Shown here piece after piece: positions 27,974 through 42,141 of a stretch of 64,000 nt of DNA (the stretch's first letter is position 1; each line of letters begins with the position of its first letter). The DNA lies in the NCBI RefSeq assembly GCF_006345805.1, contig NC_043015.1:124001-188000 (forward strand), read 5' to 3'. A model generated the notes under the pieces. It did no database searches. It was not told the origin of the DNA and saw only the letters and a list, made by a program, of their open reading frames with translations. The stretch is from Octopus sinensis (taxonomy: Eukaryota). The position numbers and the translations under genes are program-made.

Positions 27974-28716
27974 GGCGTGTGTGGTTGTATATATGTGTAT
28001 GTACGTACATAAAGTTCTGACGTGTTGTCATTACTATTCCTACGCCTAAACGTAATTATAATACACACAGACACACACGTATGCATTTAAGCGTGAGTGT
28101 ATTTGTGTGTGTGAGTGTGTGTGTATGTGTGTGTGTGTGTGTGTGTGGTGTGTGTGGTGTGTGTGTGCGTTCCTATATGGAAACAGACATCATTCAACCT
28201 TGTACATATTACATTTAAAAAAAAAAGAAGAGTCTAACAAACGTCGTTTTGTTCCGTTCGATAACATACTTGTTGAAGTCGTTTTTATAACAAAACTTGC
28301 TGCCTCTTTCTGTTATTACTTTTGAAGACGTAATCTAATTGTCCTTACCATGTTCACTTCAGGAAGCAATCCCGATATTGAACTATATATCACTTTCACT
28401 GATTCTATCAATCAAAAATTAATAATAAATGCAATCACTAGAGTATACTTTTTTTCTAATGTTTTCACCTGATATAGTTTTTTAATACTTCAAATTTCAT
28501 GATAACTTTATTAATCAAACAAGCGACATGGTAAAATGTTCTATAAGGTAAAAAAAAAAGTACCCGTATGAAAGATAATGTCAGAACATTGTAATTTGGC
28601 TGACTTTCTAGAATCGCACGAGTAAAAGTTTATAATTTGCTCTTTAGAATATAAAAGAAGCAAAGGTTAAATTTGGGATCAGAGCATTGCTATCGATTCA
28701 TAAATAATTATTCTAG

Positions 28717-29071
28717 TTACCTCCGCCTTAGTGAAGGTAAAGGTATTGGTTTCGGTCGTGTTTGTTTGTCCGTAGACAAGATATCTGAGGAACCGCCGGA
28801 TAGATTCGAATGAAACTTTCAGGCTTGTTTGGCCTCGTGGCTGGCACGAAGTGATTAGATTTTGGTATCGATTCGGAACCGGACAAAGATTCTGGATTAT
28901 ATTTCCGGTGTTTTATTTTACTTAATTTTTAGAGCGGTCGGGTTCATTATTAGTATTTTTTGTTTGTGAGAGCAGTCGAGTTTACATCAGATATTCCCAT
29001 TTTAAAAATCATCTCCGGTTAATCGTTGGTGTTGCCTTGGCGGAAGTTTGCACTCTCTGAGTGCTCTTGTT
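28717..29071 (+). mobile_element. Helentron-associated non-autonomous element (HINE/DINE-1-like)
   Basis: 5' TTACCTCCGCC, subterminal inverted copy CCTTGGCGGAAGT at 29035-29047, 3' hairpin GCACTCTCTGAGTGC at 29050-29064, TT at both ends, and a TTTG micro-repeat near the 5' end. Confidence 0.7.
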
Positions 29072-29679
29072 AAATAATGTTTCAACATCACGTGGGAAAA
29101 ACCTTCCCTTTAGAGTAAATCACATGACCTATGTTGCTTAATGAAATAGACGTACATGTTGATGTACATGTACGGTTCATTTAATAAAAAGTATTGTACG
29201 AAACAATTATTCCCTCCACACACCTATCACAAACATCATGTGGGAAAAACAGCATCTCTTTAGAGTAAATCACATGATCTATGTTGCTTAATGAAATAGA
29301 CGGGTCGCAAGGCAAATTTTGGAGAACGATACATGGTTCATTAAAGGATGCATAACTGCCCGAATGATCGTGTTAACGCGAAACTTGGGTGAAAAACAAA
29401 CGGCATCTGCCGAATATGCCTGTATATGTGTGTGTAGGTGTAGCTCTCTGTATGTGTGTGTGTGTGTGTGTGTGTATGTGTAGCCCAAAACTAATTAAAG
29501 TCAAGTTGGTGTGACAGCTGATGATGTTGTATTCACTTTTTTGTAGTCAATTAACGATCAGTTGGCAACATGTCAGACCCATGTCACGGTCGAGTGTTTG
29601 TAGCAGACTTAGTCTTTTTTTTTATTTTGCACATCTATTATTATTATTATTATTATTATTATCATCATCATCATCATCA

Positions 29680-29738
<59 letters not shown>

Positions 29739-29869
29739 GTTGTTGTTGTTGTTGTTGTTGGTTGTTGTTACAGTTGTCACTATTATTATTTTTATTGTTA
29801 TTAGTACTGTTGCTATTATTGTTGTTGCTGTTATTGTTATTGTTTTCGTTGCGGTAGCAGTGGCAGTAA

Positions 29870-29917
<48 letters not shown>

Positions 29918-30279
29918 CAGTAGTAGTAGTAGGGAGGAAGAGGAGTTATTCAAGTACACTGCTATCTTTCATTTAGTCTCACTTTCTCTCTTTCCCTTTA
30001 TATATATACACACACGGGTACACACAGACACACACGCAATACACACACGCATACACACACACGCGCGCGCGCGCGCGCATACACGCGTATAAACTAGAGT
30101 AAATCATTCGATATAAGTAACGCAATTTATATATATTTTACGTTATCTCGCCAATGAACAACTCAGTACAATGACAGAGAGTATGTTCACACACACACGC
30201 ATACACACACACGCATACACACACTAATATATAACTATCTATCAGTATAATTATCTCTCTTTCTCTCTGCTTATATATA

Positions 30280-30312
<33 letters not shown>

Positions 30313-30316
<4 letters not shown>

Positions 30317-30648
30317 CGTAATGGCCCAGTGGTTAGGGCAGCAGACTCGTGGTCGTAGGATCGCGGTTTCGATTCCCAGACCGGGCCTTGTGAGTGTTTA
30401 TTGGGCAAAAAACCCCTAAAGCTCCACGAGGCTCCGGCAGCGGGTGGCGGCGATCCCTACTTCACTCTTTCGCCGCAACTTTCTCTCACTCCTTCTTATG
30501 TTGGCCTGGTCGCTGTTGGCCTGGTCGCTGTTGGCCTGGCCCCTCAGCCAACGGGGTGGCGTCATTTGAAGGTTAAATGAATGTGAAGCGCATTGTAACA
30601 AGCGATGTGGATCAACATCTGATAGCCTGGTCGGTCACGTGATCACGT
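30313..30648 (+). mobile_element. tRNA-derived SINE, family B, with an internal 15-bp triplication
   Basis: GGCGTAATGGCCCAGTGGTTAGGGCAGC...GGTTTCGATTCC head; TGTTGGCCTGG(TCGC) occurs three times at ~30499-30540. Confidence 0.8.
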
Positions 30649-30649
30649 G

Positions 30650-30709
<60 letters not shown>

Positions 30710-30894
30710 TACAAAATTAGAGAATGGAGAAATATACTTAATTAGTAAAACATCAACTATCCGATGAAACTCAATCCATACTTTAATACACCATTACATA
30801 TGAGTAAAGGCAATACATAAAATGAAATGAGATATACAGTAATAGTAAAAAGATAAAGAGATATAATAAAAAATTATCAAATATGATATAAATC

Positions 30895-31008
30895 AAAACT
30901 GACAGCTGTTTCGGCAGTGAGGACAGTCATACCTCATTTAACTATAAGCCATAAAGGCAGGTATAAATGAGGCATTAACAAGGATGCCCCACGGCCTCTT
31001 CAGAGAAT
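30895..31008 (-). ncRNA. Candidate hammerhead ribozyme in PLE pseudo-LTR (copy 1)
   Basis: Reverse complement of the 42482-42598 motif (GACAGCTGTTTCGGCAGTGAGGACA...CGGCCTCTTCAG). Confidence 0.62.
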
Positions 31009-31370
31009 TAAATTAAATTTGTTATAATAGTGAAAAATAATATACAATCATATACATATATATAAAAATATAAAAATGTAAAATATAAAAACTTATACAT
31101 CATAAGCTACACTTATATTATAAATACACATTTGTACAAAAAAGGAAGGTAACAGAACAAAATAAAACAAAATATATAATAATGTATATATTAATATCAA
31201 TAGTACCGATATGATACATATTGGCTAATAGTTTTTTTAAAATATATATAAAAAAAAGCTAACATATATGGAGATGAAAAACATAATTAAATCCGTGGTA
31301 CAGTTCATAAGATTCTAAAGCTATAAAAGTTAATAAAAATTACTATTAATAATAATAATAATAATAATAA

Positions 31371-31405
<35 letters not shown>

Positions 31406-33130
31406 TAATAAAAAATATAATAAAAATAGATACAGTTAAGTTAGCACCAAGTCCATCCTTACAAGATCGAAATAACTATGAGTTAAGAAATGCTGACCAC
31501 TAGGTAAAGAAAATATAGATTAATTCGATTGGCTATTGGTTTGAAATTTAAATCACAAAAGAAAATTATACGGTTGGTTAGTCAAGGAACGCCAATATTC
31601 ACACACGCATCTACAGATCAATCGCACATACACACATAGTTATATGTATATACACACATTTATACACATACATAATTACAAGCAACAACTAGCACATAGA
31701 TAAACAAAAAGGGAAGTACTATGCTACAATTTAGTCCTTCAATATTATCACTGTGCCTCAATAACAAAAGAAGAACCATTCATGAATTTCATAAAATATT
31801 TAATTTAGATATAAAAATATATTTTAAATATCAGTATGTTACTAAATCAGATACTTATTTCATGGGTAACTTAAAATTTATAACACCGGTTTGTTGCAGA
31901 GTAAACATACGGTTGTTAGATTTATCGTAAGTTTGTTATGGTTTTAAGTACGCTAAATTATAAAATATAAAATATAAAATGTATATTAATTTAAATAATT
32001 ATAAATAAGTCACTTATTAACTTAATAAATATATTGCCATGATATACCAGTTTAGGCATTAAAGAATAGAAGGGGAAGTATTAATTTAAACGCTTAAGAG
32101 AACAACACAGAAATTTTAAATAAATTTTATATTATAAAAACTTAAGATGAAAAGAGATAAAATAAGTAAGAAGGAATAAATACGAAGGAATAAATACGGT
32201 TATACATATAATTATAAGTACAAACCAGTATATATGTATTCATATATTATTAAAATTAAATAAATAAATGATAGATATGTATGTATAAAACTACCCAAGT
32301 ACAGTAGTAATAAGTAAAAAATAAATAGGTAGCAAATTAGATGACTTGATATGTATGTAAACATCTACACTTAAATAGGCAAATAATAAAATAATACATA
32401 AAAGACTAGATAAAAATGAAAATATGATAACAATAAAATGGAAAATAAATAAAATAATAAGTAGAGTGAATATATATGTTATATTGTTGAAAGTAAATAT
32501 GTATGGAAGGATAGTTTAAAGTACAGATCCAGAAGACTATAGATATAAACTAAATATATGAGGCTGGTAATAATTATAAAGCATAATGCATGTAAATGAG
32601 AAAATGAAAAAAATGAAAAAGGTTTATCAGTGAATAGCATAAGTACAAATTAAGGTGAGTACAAAAAGACCAAATATACAATAAAAACCTTCCAAATAAA
32701 CACATACAAAAAACCTATAATCTCAACCTAAACCCACCAAACTCACAAAAGGCTCTCATATATTACATATTATACAATATCATTACATTATCCAGAGCTA
32801 GGTATCTACCCAAGATATATATATACTATGCAATATACTATGCAGTATTGGAAAACTTCAAAAATCACAAAATTATAAGGCAAGTACCAAAATGAATATG
32901 TTATTTTATGTCATATTGCAATTCTCTTAAAAAACAAACAAAAACCCACATACAAAAAACAAGAAACCAATAATACTAGACACATCCATTAATTATTATA
33001 CAAATGTAGCTGTAAAAATTATAAAATTATAAAATATATAAATTGTATACTTTAGAAGTTATAGAAGACCACAGGTATATTTAGTTAAAGAAGGGAGTTA
33101 AAAAATTAAAAATAGTGGAAGTGCTAAATT

Positions 33131-33254
33131 CTATTTGAATCTAGAAAAGGTGAACGGTAGCCTATGAATACAAAAGAAGATTTTTTCATTAATGTTGTTA
33201 ATAATTTGCCGACCCGCTTTAATAATGAAGAAAATTTCATTAATACATAGAGAG

Positions 33255-33292
<38 letters not shown>

Positions 33293-36013
33293 CATTATAC
33301 ACAGGTGCTGAAGTTAGTATTTTCCAGTTTAATCTAAAATCTAAGTTCTTATTTTTAAGTTCCCAATGTATGCACTTAGCCCTGTAGAGTACATTCTATT
33401 TTTATTCCTAAAGGTATATCTGTGATAATTCCATCTTTGTTTTATGCTATTCATAGTTGCCCCGATATACACCCTACTACTCAATTGTGTATCTACAGTG
33501 CATTGGTAAACAACCTCCTTCCTGAGGCATTGATTACCAAATACACATTTATTTTTATTTCTGCAATTACAAAGGTTAACAGAATGAGGAAATCTAAAAT
33601 TGGACAACACCCCTATACTACTATTCACATTATAAGTGTTACAATTGTTATCATCATCCAAACCCAAAATCAACGAATGAGTTAATTCACATTATCGGCT
33701 ATATTCCTATCACTAGTACTAGTATTGGTAGTAGTAGTATGATCTATTTCATTTATATTATCTCTGACAGGTATGGTGCACTCATTATTAGTAAGGAGGT
33801 TGTTCCCAATTGTTCCAAGAAAGTTTCTATTCCTATTATTAATAAAGAGGGGCAAGTTTTCCTGGTCCAAATTCAATTTTCTATCCTTATAGAAGTGATC
33901 CAGTTTCTTGTTATTAAAAGAGAGATAATTGTGGCTAGATTATGAGTAATGCTATATCCCACTCTAACAGTACCGTTGTTAATTAGAGGACTAAATTTAT
34001 TCTTATCCTTACCAAAATGCCTAAAAATAACATTATGCAAAGCTCTCACTATGTTTGTTTTAATCTGCATTGCATATGGGATAATCAACCAAGAGTATCC
34101 TTATCAGAATTAGGATTGCCTATAGAATTAATGTTATTTGTAAAAATCCTATTCGTAGACCAACTCATAGGATTACTATTCTTACCACTGTCATTGTTAT
34201 ATTTATCTATATCAATATTACCATGGTTATTGCGCAAGTAAACTTTACCATTATCATGTCTACCATAAGTTTTAATTCGTATATTATTATTAATATTCCT
34301 ACTATTACTCGTATGTTTAGATCTATTTGAGCTACCGTTCACCTTTCCAAGGTTAACATCATTTCTACATTTATTATAGGTGTTATCATATATTCCATTT
34401 TTACAATTCTTATGTATATTGTTGATTATCCTAAATCTATTTGTGTTGTTCCTGATAGTTCCACCTGCATTAGGGGGGTTCCCCTTAGGTATAAACCAAA
34501 TCTTACTTTTATATCCTGCCTTAAGTAATGCTGCATTGTATCTATCACAGTGTTTGTTAAAAATTTCCTCGTTTGAGGATAAACTAGAAATTCTCTGACT
34601 AATGTTCCTCACTAGTGCATTTTTAATTTGAGGGGGGTGATTACTTGAACGGTTAATGTATATTAGGTTGGAATTAGGTTTAATATAGGGTTCATGTAAA
34701 CCATTAGTAATATTACAATTAACATCTAAATAATTAGCAGAATAATTCTCACTTTCAATGATAATGGATAGGCCGAAGCTTTTAAAAAATTTATTTATTC
34801 TTTTTTTCAGAAGATCTAATCTCCTATTTGATGTATTCCTAACACAAAATAAGGCGTCATCCCTGTATAATCCACCTTTTAATTCAGGGAATTCCCTACT
34901 AAAGTTATCTAATAGATACATCCCAACTAGATCAGTCACCTCCGCTGAGTCCGGCGATCCCATTGTGATATCGAACAAGTTGGGTGTGTCTTTTCTAGCC
35001 CAAAGTTTATTATCAAACTCTATTAAAGTTTTCCTGGCTGTTAGTATAACCTTAATCTCCCCCATACTTAATTTAGTGTGTTTTCTAGCAAAAATTAAGG
35101 ACTTATTTAATATAATAGGGTTAATGGAAGTGTAATAGTTCTGTATATCGAATTGTATAAATTTATTTCTATTATAGCTAAAGTTGTTACTGTCACCGAC
35201 CTTAATGGTAGAAAACCAATCCAAAGCACCCTGAGTATTCTTCCAAAGGTTTAGTTTGATTTTATTGCGGATGGTGGGTAGGTATTTATCCAGAATGAGT
35301 TTACTTAGTCTGCCCAAGTCAGATTTGGTGGGGCAAATTAATCTGACCTGTGTGTTTCCAAGAAAATTCTCTTTATGATCCTTTAGTGTAATTCTCGGTC
35401 TAGATGGGGTGTAGGGTTCCGTTTTTTCTTCTAGGTAGTAGTCAAATATGATTTCTCTGATCTCCAGGTTCAGTTTTCTAAGTGTACTAGAAGGTACTAC
35501 TTTGTATTTCTTGGTTATTTCCTTGTGTAGAAGATCATGATATGCAGTAATGTCAATGTTGTAGATGTTGTTGGTTTTGTCAGAATGTGTTAGAATGCCG
35601 CTCTTACCTTTGAGAGTTCTAATTAAGTCTTTCAATTCTCTTTGGTGCTGGTTATATCTTAAAGGATGATTTCTAAATTTTATGTTTTTTACAGTCTCCC
35701 ATAGTTCTTGTTCAAAATTGTCTAGATGTATATTTGGTGGGGGAGACTTCCTAGATTTAAATGTAGTGCCTGTTAGTTTTAATATTTCTTCATAGGTGCT
35801 TCCAATTCTATTACGGATCGTTTCCTCAGTGTGTTGCTGGTTTATTTTATTATTATAGTTCTCATGGTGGAAAATCCTCCATCTGATCCTGTGGATGAAT
35901 TCATTCATTCTATAAATTAGTTCTTTAGTGTAATGGTCTTTGGTAGGGATAGGTACATCCTTCATTGATGAATTGATCAGTATTTTCTCCATTCTTCTAG
36001 CAGTAGTGATCAA
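33131..36013 (-). pseudogene. Penelope-like RT + GIY-YIG endonuclease polyprotein (~950 aa reconstructed, frameshifted in this copy)
   Basis: The 642-aa ORF 34085-36013 has PLE RT motifs (FIQFDIQNYYTSI, GSPDSAEVTDLVGMYLL, GGLYRDDAL, YLDV, YIKPNS..YINRSSNHPP). It continues across frameshifts through IIPY..., a Cys linker CNC..C..GNQCL, and VYQC...VYIGAT..IKQRWNYH (GIY-YIG). My translation extends it through WKIL..A.VYN-(A tract)-CSLCINE...FCIH to a TAG at 33131-33133. The track start is TTG; the first ATG is at 35992. Confidence 0.9.
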
Positions 36014-36491
36014 AGGAACAAATATACTATACTAGGGTGTATTCACATGCACTATTAATATTTAAATCAATAAATGGATGCTTATATTACACCAGTATGA
36101 GCAATTCAGGTTCTTCAAAAGATAAATTTAGGTTATAAAATGAGATAGGGGTTGAAAATTCAACCCACCATGGGATAATATATATCCAATATACTGCTAG
36201 ATAGGTACCCAACAAAATTAATACATAGATGTTAAAAATTGTCAAACACAGTTCATCTATTGCATTATATGGGTGAAGGTAATAATATTACCGTAAATTA
36301 ATACTACAAAATTAGAGAATGGAGAAATATACTTAAATCAGTAAAACATCAACTATCCGATGAAACTCAATCCATACTTTAATACACCATTACATATGGG
36401 TAAAGGCAATACATAAAATGAAATGAGATATACAGTAATAGTAAAAAGATAAAGAGATATAAGTAAAAAATTATCAAATATGATATAAAAA

Positions 36492-36607
36492 AAAACTGAC
36501 AGCTGTTTCGGCAGTGAGGACAGTCATACCTCATTTAACCTATAAGCCATAAAGGCAGGTATAAATGAGGCATTAACAAGGATCCCCACGGCCTCTTCAG
36601 AGAATTA
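36492..36607 (-). ncRNA. Candidate hammerhead ribozyme in PLE pseudo-LTR (copy 2, upstream of the ORF)
   Basis: Same motif as copies 1 and 3. Confidence 0.62.
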
Positions 36608-36944
36608 AATTAAATTTGTTATAATAGTGAAAAATAATATAATCATATACATAATATAAAATATAAAAATGTAAAATATAAAAACTTATACATCATAAAG
36701 CTACACTTATATAATATAATACACATTTGTACAAAAAAGGAAGGTAAACAGAACAAAATAAAACAAAATATATAATAATGTATATATTAATATCAATAAG
36801 TACCGATATTATACATATTTGGCTAATAGTTTTTTTTAAAATATATATAAAAAAAAGCTAACATATATGGAGATGAAAAACAATAATTAAATCCGTGGTA
36901 CAGTTCATAAGATTCTAAAGCTATAAAAGTTAATAAAAATTACT

Positions 36945-36994
<50 letters not shown>

Positions 36995-38586
36995 TAATAA
37001 AAAAATATATATAATAAAAAATAGATACAGTTAAGTTAGCACCAAGTCCATCCTTACAAGATCGAAATAACTATGAGTTAAGAAATGCTGACCACTAGGT
37101 AAAGAAAATATAGATTAATTCGATTGGCTATTGGTTTGAAATTTAAATCACACAAAAAAATTATACGGTTGGTTAGTCAAGGAACGCCAATATTCACACA
37201 CGCATCTACAGATCAATCGCACATACCACATAGTTATATGTATATACACACATTTATACACATACATAATTACAAGCAACAACTAGCACATAGATAAACA
37301 AAAAGGGAAGTAACTATGCTACAATTTAGTCCTTCAATATTATCACTGTGCCTCAATAACAAAAGAAGAACCATTCATGATTTCATAAAATATTTAATTT
37401 AGATATAAAAATATATTTTAAATATCAGTATGTTACTAATCAGATACTTATTTCATGGGTAACTTAAAATTTATAACACCGGTTTGTTGCAGAGTAAACA
37501 TACGGTTGTTAGATTTATCGTAAGTTGTTATGGTTTTAAGTACGCTAAATTATAAAATATAAAATATAAAATGTATATTAATTTAAATAATTATAAATAA
37601 GTCACTTATTAACTTAATAAATATATTGCCATGATATACCAGTTTAGGCATTAAGAATAGAAGGGGAAGTATTATTTAAACGCTAAAGAACAACACAGAA
37701 ATTTTAAATAAATTTTATATTATAAAAACTAAGATGAAAAGAGATAAAATAAGTAAGAAGGAATAAATACGAAGGAATAAATACGGTTATACATATAATT
37801 ATAAGTACAAACCAGTATATATGTATTCATATATTATTAAAATTAAATAAAAATAATGATAGATATGTATGTATAAAACTACCCCAGTATAAGTAAATAA
37901 GTAAAAAAATAGGTAGCAAATTAGATGACTTGATATGTATGTAAACATCTACACTTAAATAGGCAAATAAATAAATAAATATAAGACTAGATGCAAAAAT
38001 TGATAATATTACAATAAAATGGAAAATAAATAAAAATAATAAGTAGAGTGAATATATATGTTATATTGTTGAAAGTAAATATGTATGGAAGGATAGTTTA
38101 AAGTACAGATCCAGAAGACTATAGATATAAACTAAATATATGAGGCTGGTAATAATTATAAAGCATAATGCATGTAATGAGAAAATGAAAAAAAAATGAA
38201 AAAGATTTATCAGTGAATAGCATAAGGTACAAATTAAGGTGAGTACAAAAAGACCAAATATACAATAAAAACCTCCAAATAAACACATACAAAAAACCTA
38301 TAATCTCAACCTAAACCCACCAAACTCACAAAAGGCTCTCATATATTACATATTATACAATATCATTACATTATCCAGAGCTAGGTATCTACCAAGATAT
38401 ATATATATATGCAATATGCAATATATACTATGCAGTATTGGAAAACTTCAAAAATCACAAAATTATAAGGCAAGTACCAAAATGAATATGTTATTTTATG
38501 TCATATTGCAATTCTCTTAAAAAACAAACAAAAACCCACATACAAAACAAGAAACCAATATACTAGACACATCCATTAATTATTAT

Positions 38587-40210
38587 CTATTAGATAACTT
38601 TAGTAGGGAATTCCCTGAATTAAAAGGTGGATTATACAGGGATGACGCCTTATTTTGTGTTAGGAATACATCAAATAGGAGATTAGATCTTCTGAAAAAA
38701 AGAATAAATAAAGTTTTTAAAAGCTTCGGCCTATCCATTATCATTGAAAGTGAGAATTATTCTGCTAATTATTTAGATGTTAATTGTAATATTACTAATG
38801 GTTTACATGAACCCTATATTAAACCTAATTCCAACCTAATATACATTAACCGTTCAAGTAATCACCCCCCTCAAATTAAAAATGCACTAGTGAGGAACAT
38901 TAGTCAGAGAATTTCTAGTTTATCCTCAAACGAGGAAATTTTTAACAAACACTGTGATAGATACAATGCAGCATTACTTAAGGCAGGATATAAAAGTAAG
39001 ATTTGGTTTATACCTAAGGGGAACCCCCCTAATGCAGGTGGAACTATCAGGAACAACACAAATAGATTTAGGATAATCAACAATATACATAAGAATTGTA
39101 AAAATGGAATATATGATAACACCTATAATAAATGTAGAAATGATGTTAACCTTGGAAAGGTGAACGGTAGCTCAAATAGATCTAAACATACGAGTAATAG
39201 TAGGAATATTAATATAATATACGAATTAAAACTTATGGTAGACATGATAATGGTAAAGTTTACTTGCGCAATAACCATGGTAATATTGATATAGATAAAT
39301 ATAACAATGACAGTGGTAAGAATAGTAATCCTATGAGTTGGTCTACGAATAGGATTTTTACAAATAACATTAATTCTATAGGCAATCCTAATTCTGATAA
39401 GGATACTCTTTGGTTGATTATCCCATATGCAATGCAGATTAAAACAAACATAGTGAGAGCTTTGCATAATGTTATTTTTAGGCATTTTGGTAAGGATAAG
39501 AATAAATTTAGTCCTCTAATTAACAACGGTACTGTTAGAGTGGGATATAGCATTACTCATAATCTAGCCACAATTATCTCCTCTTTTAATAACAAGAAAC
39601 TGGATCACTTCTATAAGGATAGAAAATTGAATTTGGACCAGGAAAACTTGCCCCTCTTTATTAATAATAGGAATAGAAACTTTCTTGGAACAATTGGGAA
39701 CAACCTCCTTACTAATAATGAGTGCACCATACCTGTCAGAGATAATATAAATGAAATAGATCATACTACTACTACCAATACTAGTACTAGTGATAGGAAT
39801 ATAGCCGATAATGTGAATTTAACTCATTCGTTGATTTTGGGTTTGGATGATGATAACAATTGTAACACTTATAATGTGAATAGTAGTATAGGGGTGTTGT
39901 CCAATTTTAGATTTCCTCATTCTGTTAACCTTTGTAATTGCAGAAATAAAAATAAATGTGTATTTGGTAATCAATGCCTCAGGAAGGAGGTTTTACCAAT
40001 GCACTGTAGATACACAATTGAGTAGTAGGGTGTATATCGGGGCAACTATGAATAGCATAAAACAAAGATGGAATTATCACAGATATACCTTTAGGAATAA
40101 AAATAGAATGTACTCTACAGGGCTAAGTGCATACATTTGGGAACTTAAAATAAGAACTTAGATTTTAGATTAAACTGGAAAATACTAACTTCAGCACCTG
40201 TGTATAATGG

Positions 40211-40245
<35 letters not shown>

Positions 40246-40368
40246 CTCTCTATGTATAATGAAATTTTCTTCATTATTAAAGCGGGTCGGCAAATTATTA
40301 ACAACATTAATGAAAAAAACTTCTTTTGTATTCATAGGCTACCGTTCACCTTTTCTAGATTCAAATAG
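38587..40368 (+). pseudogene. Inverted 5'-truncated copy of the PLE ORF (RT C-terminal half + GIY-YIG)
   Basis: Starts mid-RT (CTATTAGATAACTTTAGTAGGG = LLDNFSREFPELKGGLYRDD). ORFs 38890-39294, 39264-40025 and 39958-40161 match the minus-strand copy but break at different positions. Confidence 0.9.
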
Positions 40369-42094
40369 AATTTAGCACTTCCACTTTTTAATTTTTTAAC
40401 TCCCTTCTTTAACTAAATATACCTGTGGTCTTCTATAACTTCTAAGTATACAATTTATATTTTATATAATTTTAATTTTTACAGCTACATTTGTATAATA
40501 ATTAATGGATGTGTCTAGTATTATTGGTTTCTTGTTTTTTGTATGTGGGGTTTTTTGTTTGTTTCTTAAGAGAATTGCAATATGACATAAAATAACATAT
40601 TCATTTTGGTACTTGCCTTATAATTTTGTGATTTTTGAAGTTTTCCAATACTGCATAGTATATTGCATAGTATACATATATATCTTGGGTAGATACCTAG
40701 CTCTGGATAATGTAATGATATTGTATAATATGTAATATATGAGAGCCTTTTGTGAGTTTGGTGGGTTTAGGTTGAGATTATAGGTTTTTTGTATGTGTTT
40801 ATTTGGAAGGTTTTTATTGTATATTTGGTCTTTTTGTACTCACCTTAATTTGTACCTTATGCTATTCACTGATAAACCTTTTTCATTTTTTTCATTTTCT
40901 CATTTACATGCATTATGCTTTATAATTATTACCAGCCTCATATATTTAGTTTATATCTATAGTCTTCTGGATCTGTACTTTAAACTATCCTTCCATACAT
41001 ATTTACTTTCAACAATATAACATATATATTCACTCTACTTATTATTTTTATTTTATTTTTCCATTTTATTGTAATATTATCAATTTTTGCATCTAGTCTT
41101 ATTTATTTATTTATTTGCCTATTTAAGTGTAGATGTTTACATACATATCAAGTCATCTAATTTGCTACCTATTTATTTTTTACTTATTTACTTATACTGG
41201 GGTAGTTTTATACATACATATCTATCATTTATTTTTATTTAATTTTAATAATATATGAATACATATATACTGGTTTGTACTTATAATTATATGTATAACC
41301 GTATTTATTCCTTCGTATTTATTCCTTCTTACTTATTTTATCTCTTTTCATCTTAAGTTTTTATAATATAAAATTTATTTAAAATTTCTGTGTTGTTCTC
41401 TTAAGCGTTTAAATTAATACTTCCCCTTCTATTCTTTAATGCCTAAACTGGTATATCATGGCAATATATTTATTAAGTTAATAAGTGACTTATTTATAAT
41501 TATTTAAATTAATATACATTTTATATTTTATATTTTATAATTTAGCGTACTTAAAACCATAACAAACTTACGATAAATCTAACAACCGTATGTTTACTCT
41601 GCAACAAACCGGTGTTATAAATTTTAAGTTACCCATGAAATAAGTATCTGATTTAGTAACATACTGATATTTAAAATATATTTTTATATCTAAATTAAAT
41701 ATTTTATGAAATTCATGAATGGTTCTTCTTTTGTTATTGAGGCACAGTGATAATATTGAAGGACTAATTGTAGCAATAGTTACTTCCCTTTTTGTTTATC
41801 TATGTGCTAGTTGTTGCTTGTAATTATGTATGTGTATAAATGTGTGTACATATATATAATGTGTGTATGTGCGATTGATCTGTAGATGCGTGTGTGAATA
41901 TTGGCGTTCCTTGACTAACCAACCGTATAATTTTTCTTTTTGATTTAAATTTCAAACCAATAGCCAATCGAATTAATCTATATTTTCTTACCTAGTAGTG
42001 GTCAGCATTTCTTAACTCATAGTTATTTCGATCTTGTAAGGATGGACTTGGTGCTAACTAACTGTATTCTATTTTTTATTATATTTTTTTATTA

Positions 42095-42141
<47 letters not shown>

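Noticed and set aside
33257-33292. Poly(A) tail marking the 3' end of the retroelement
   Set aside because: Coding motifs and ~2.4 kb of repeated terminal sequence continue beyond it, so it is internal (reported as a finding).
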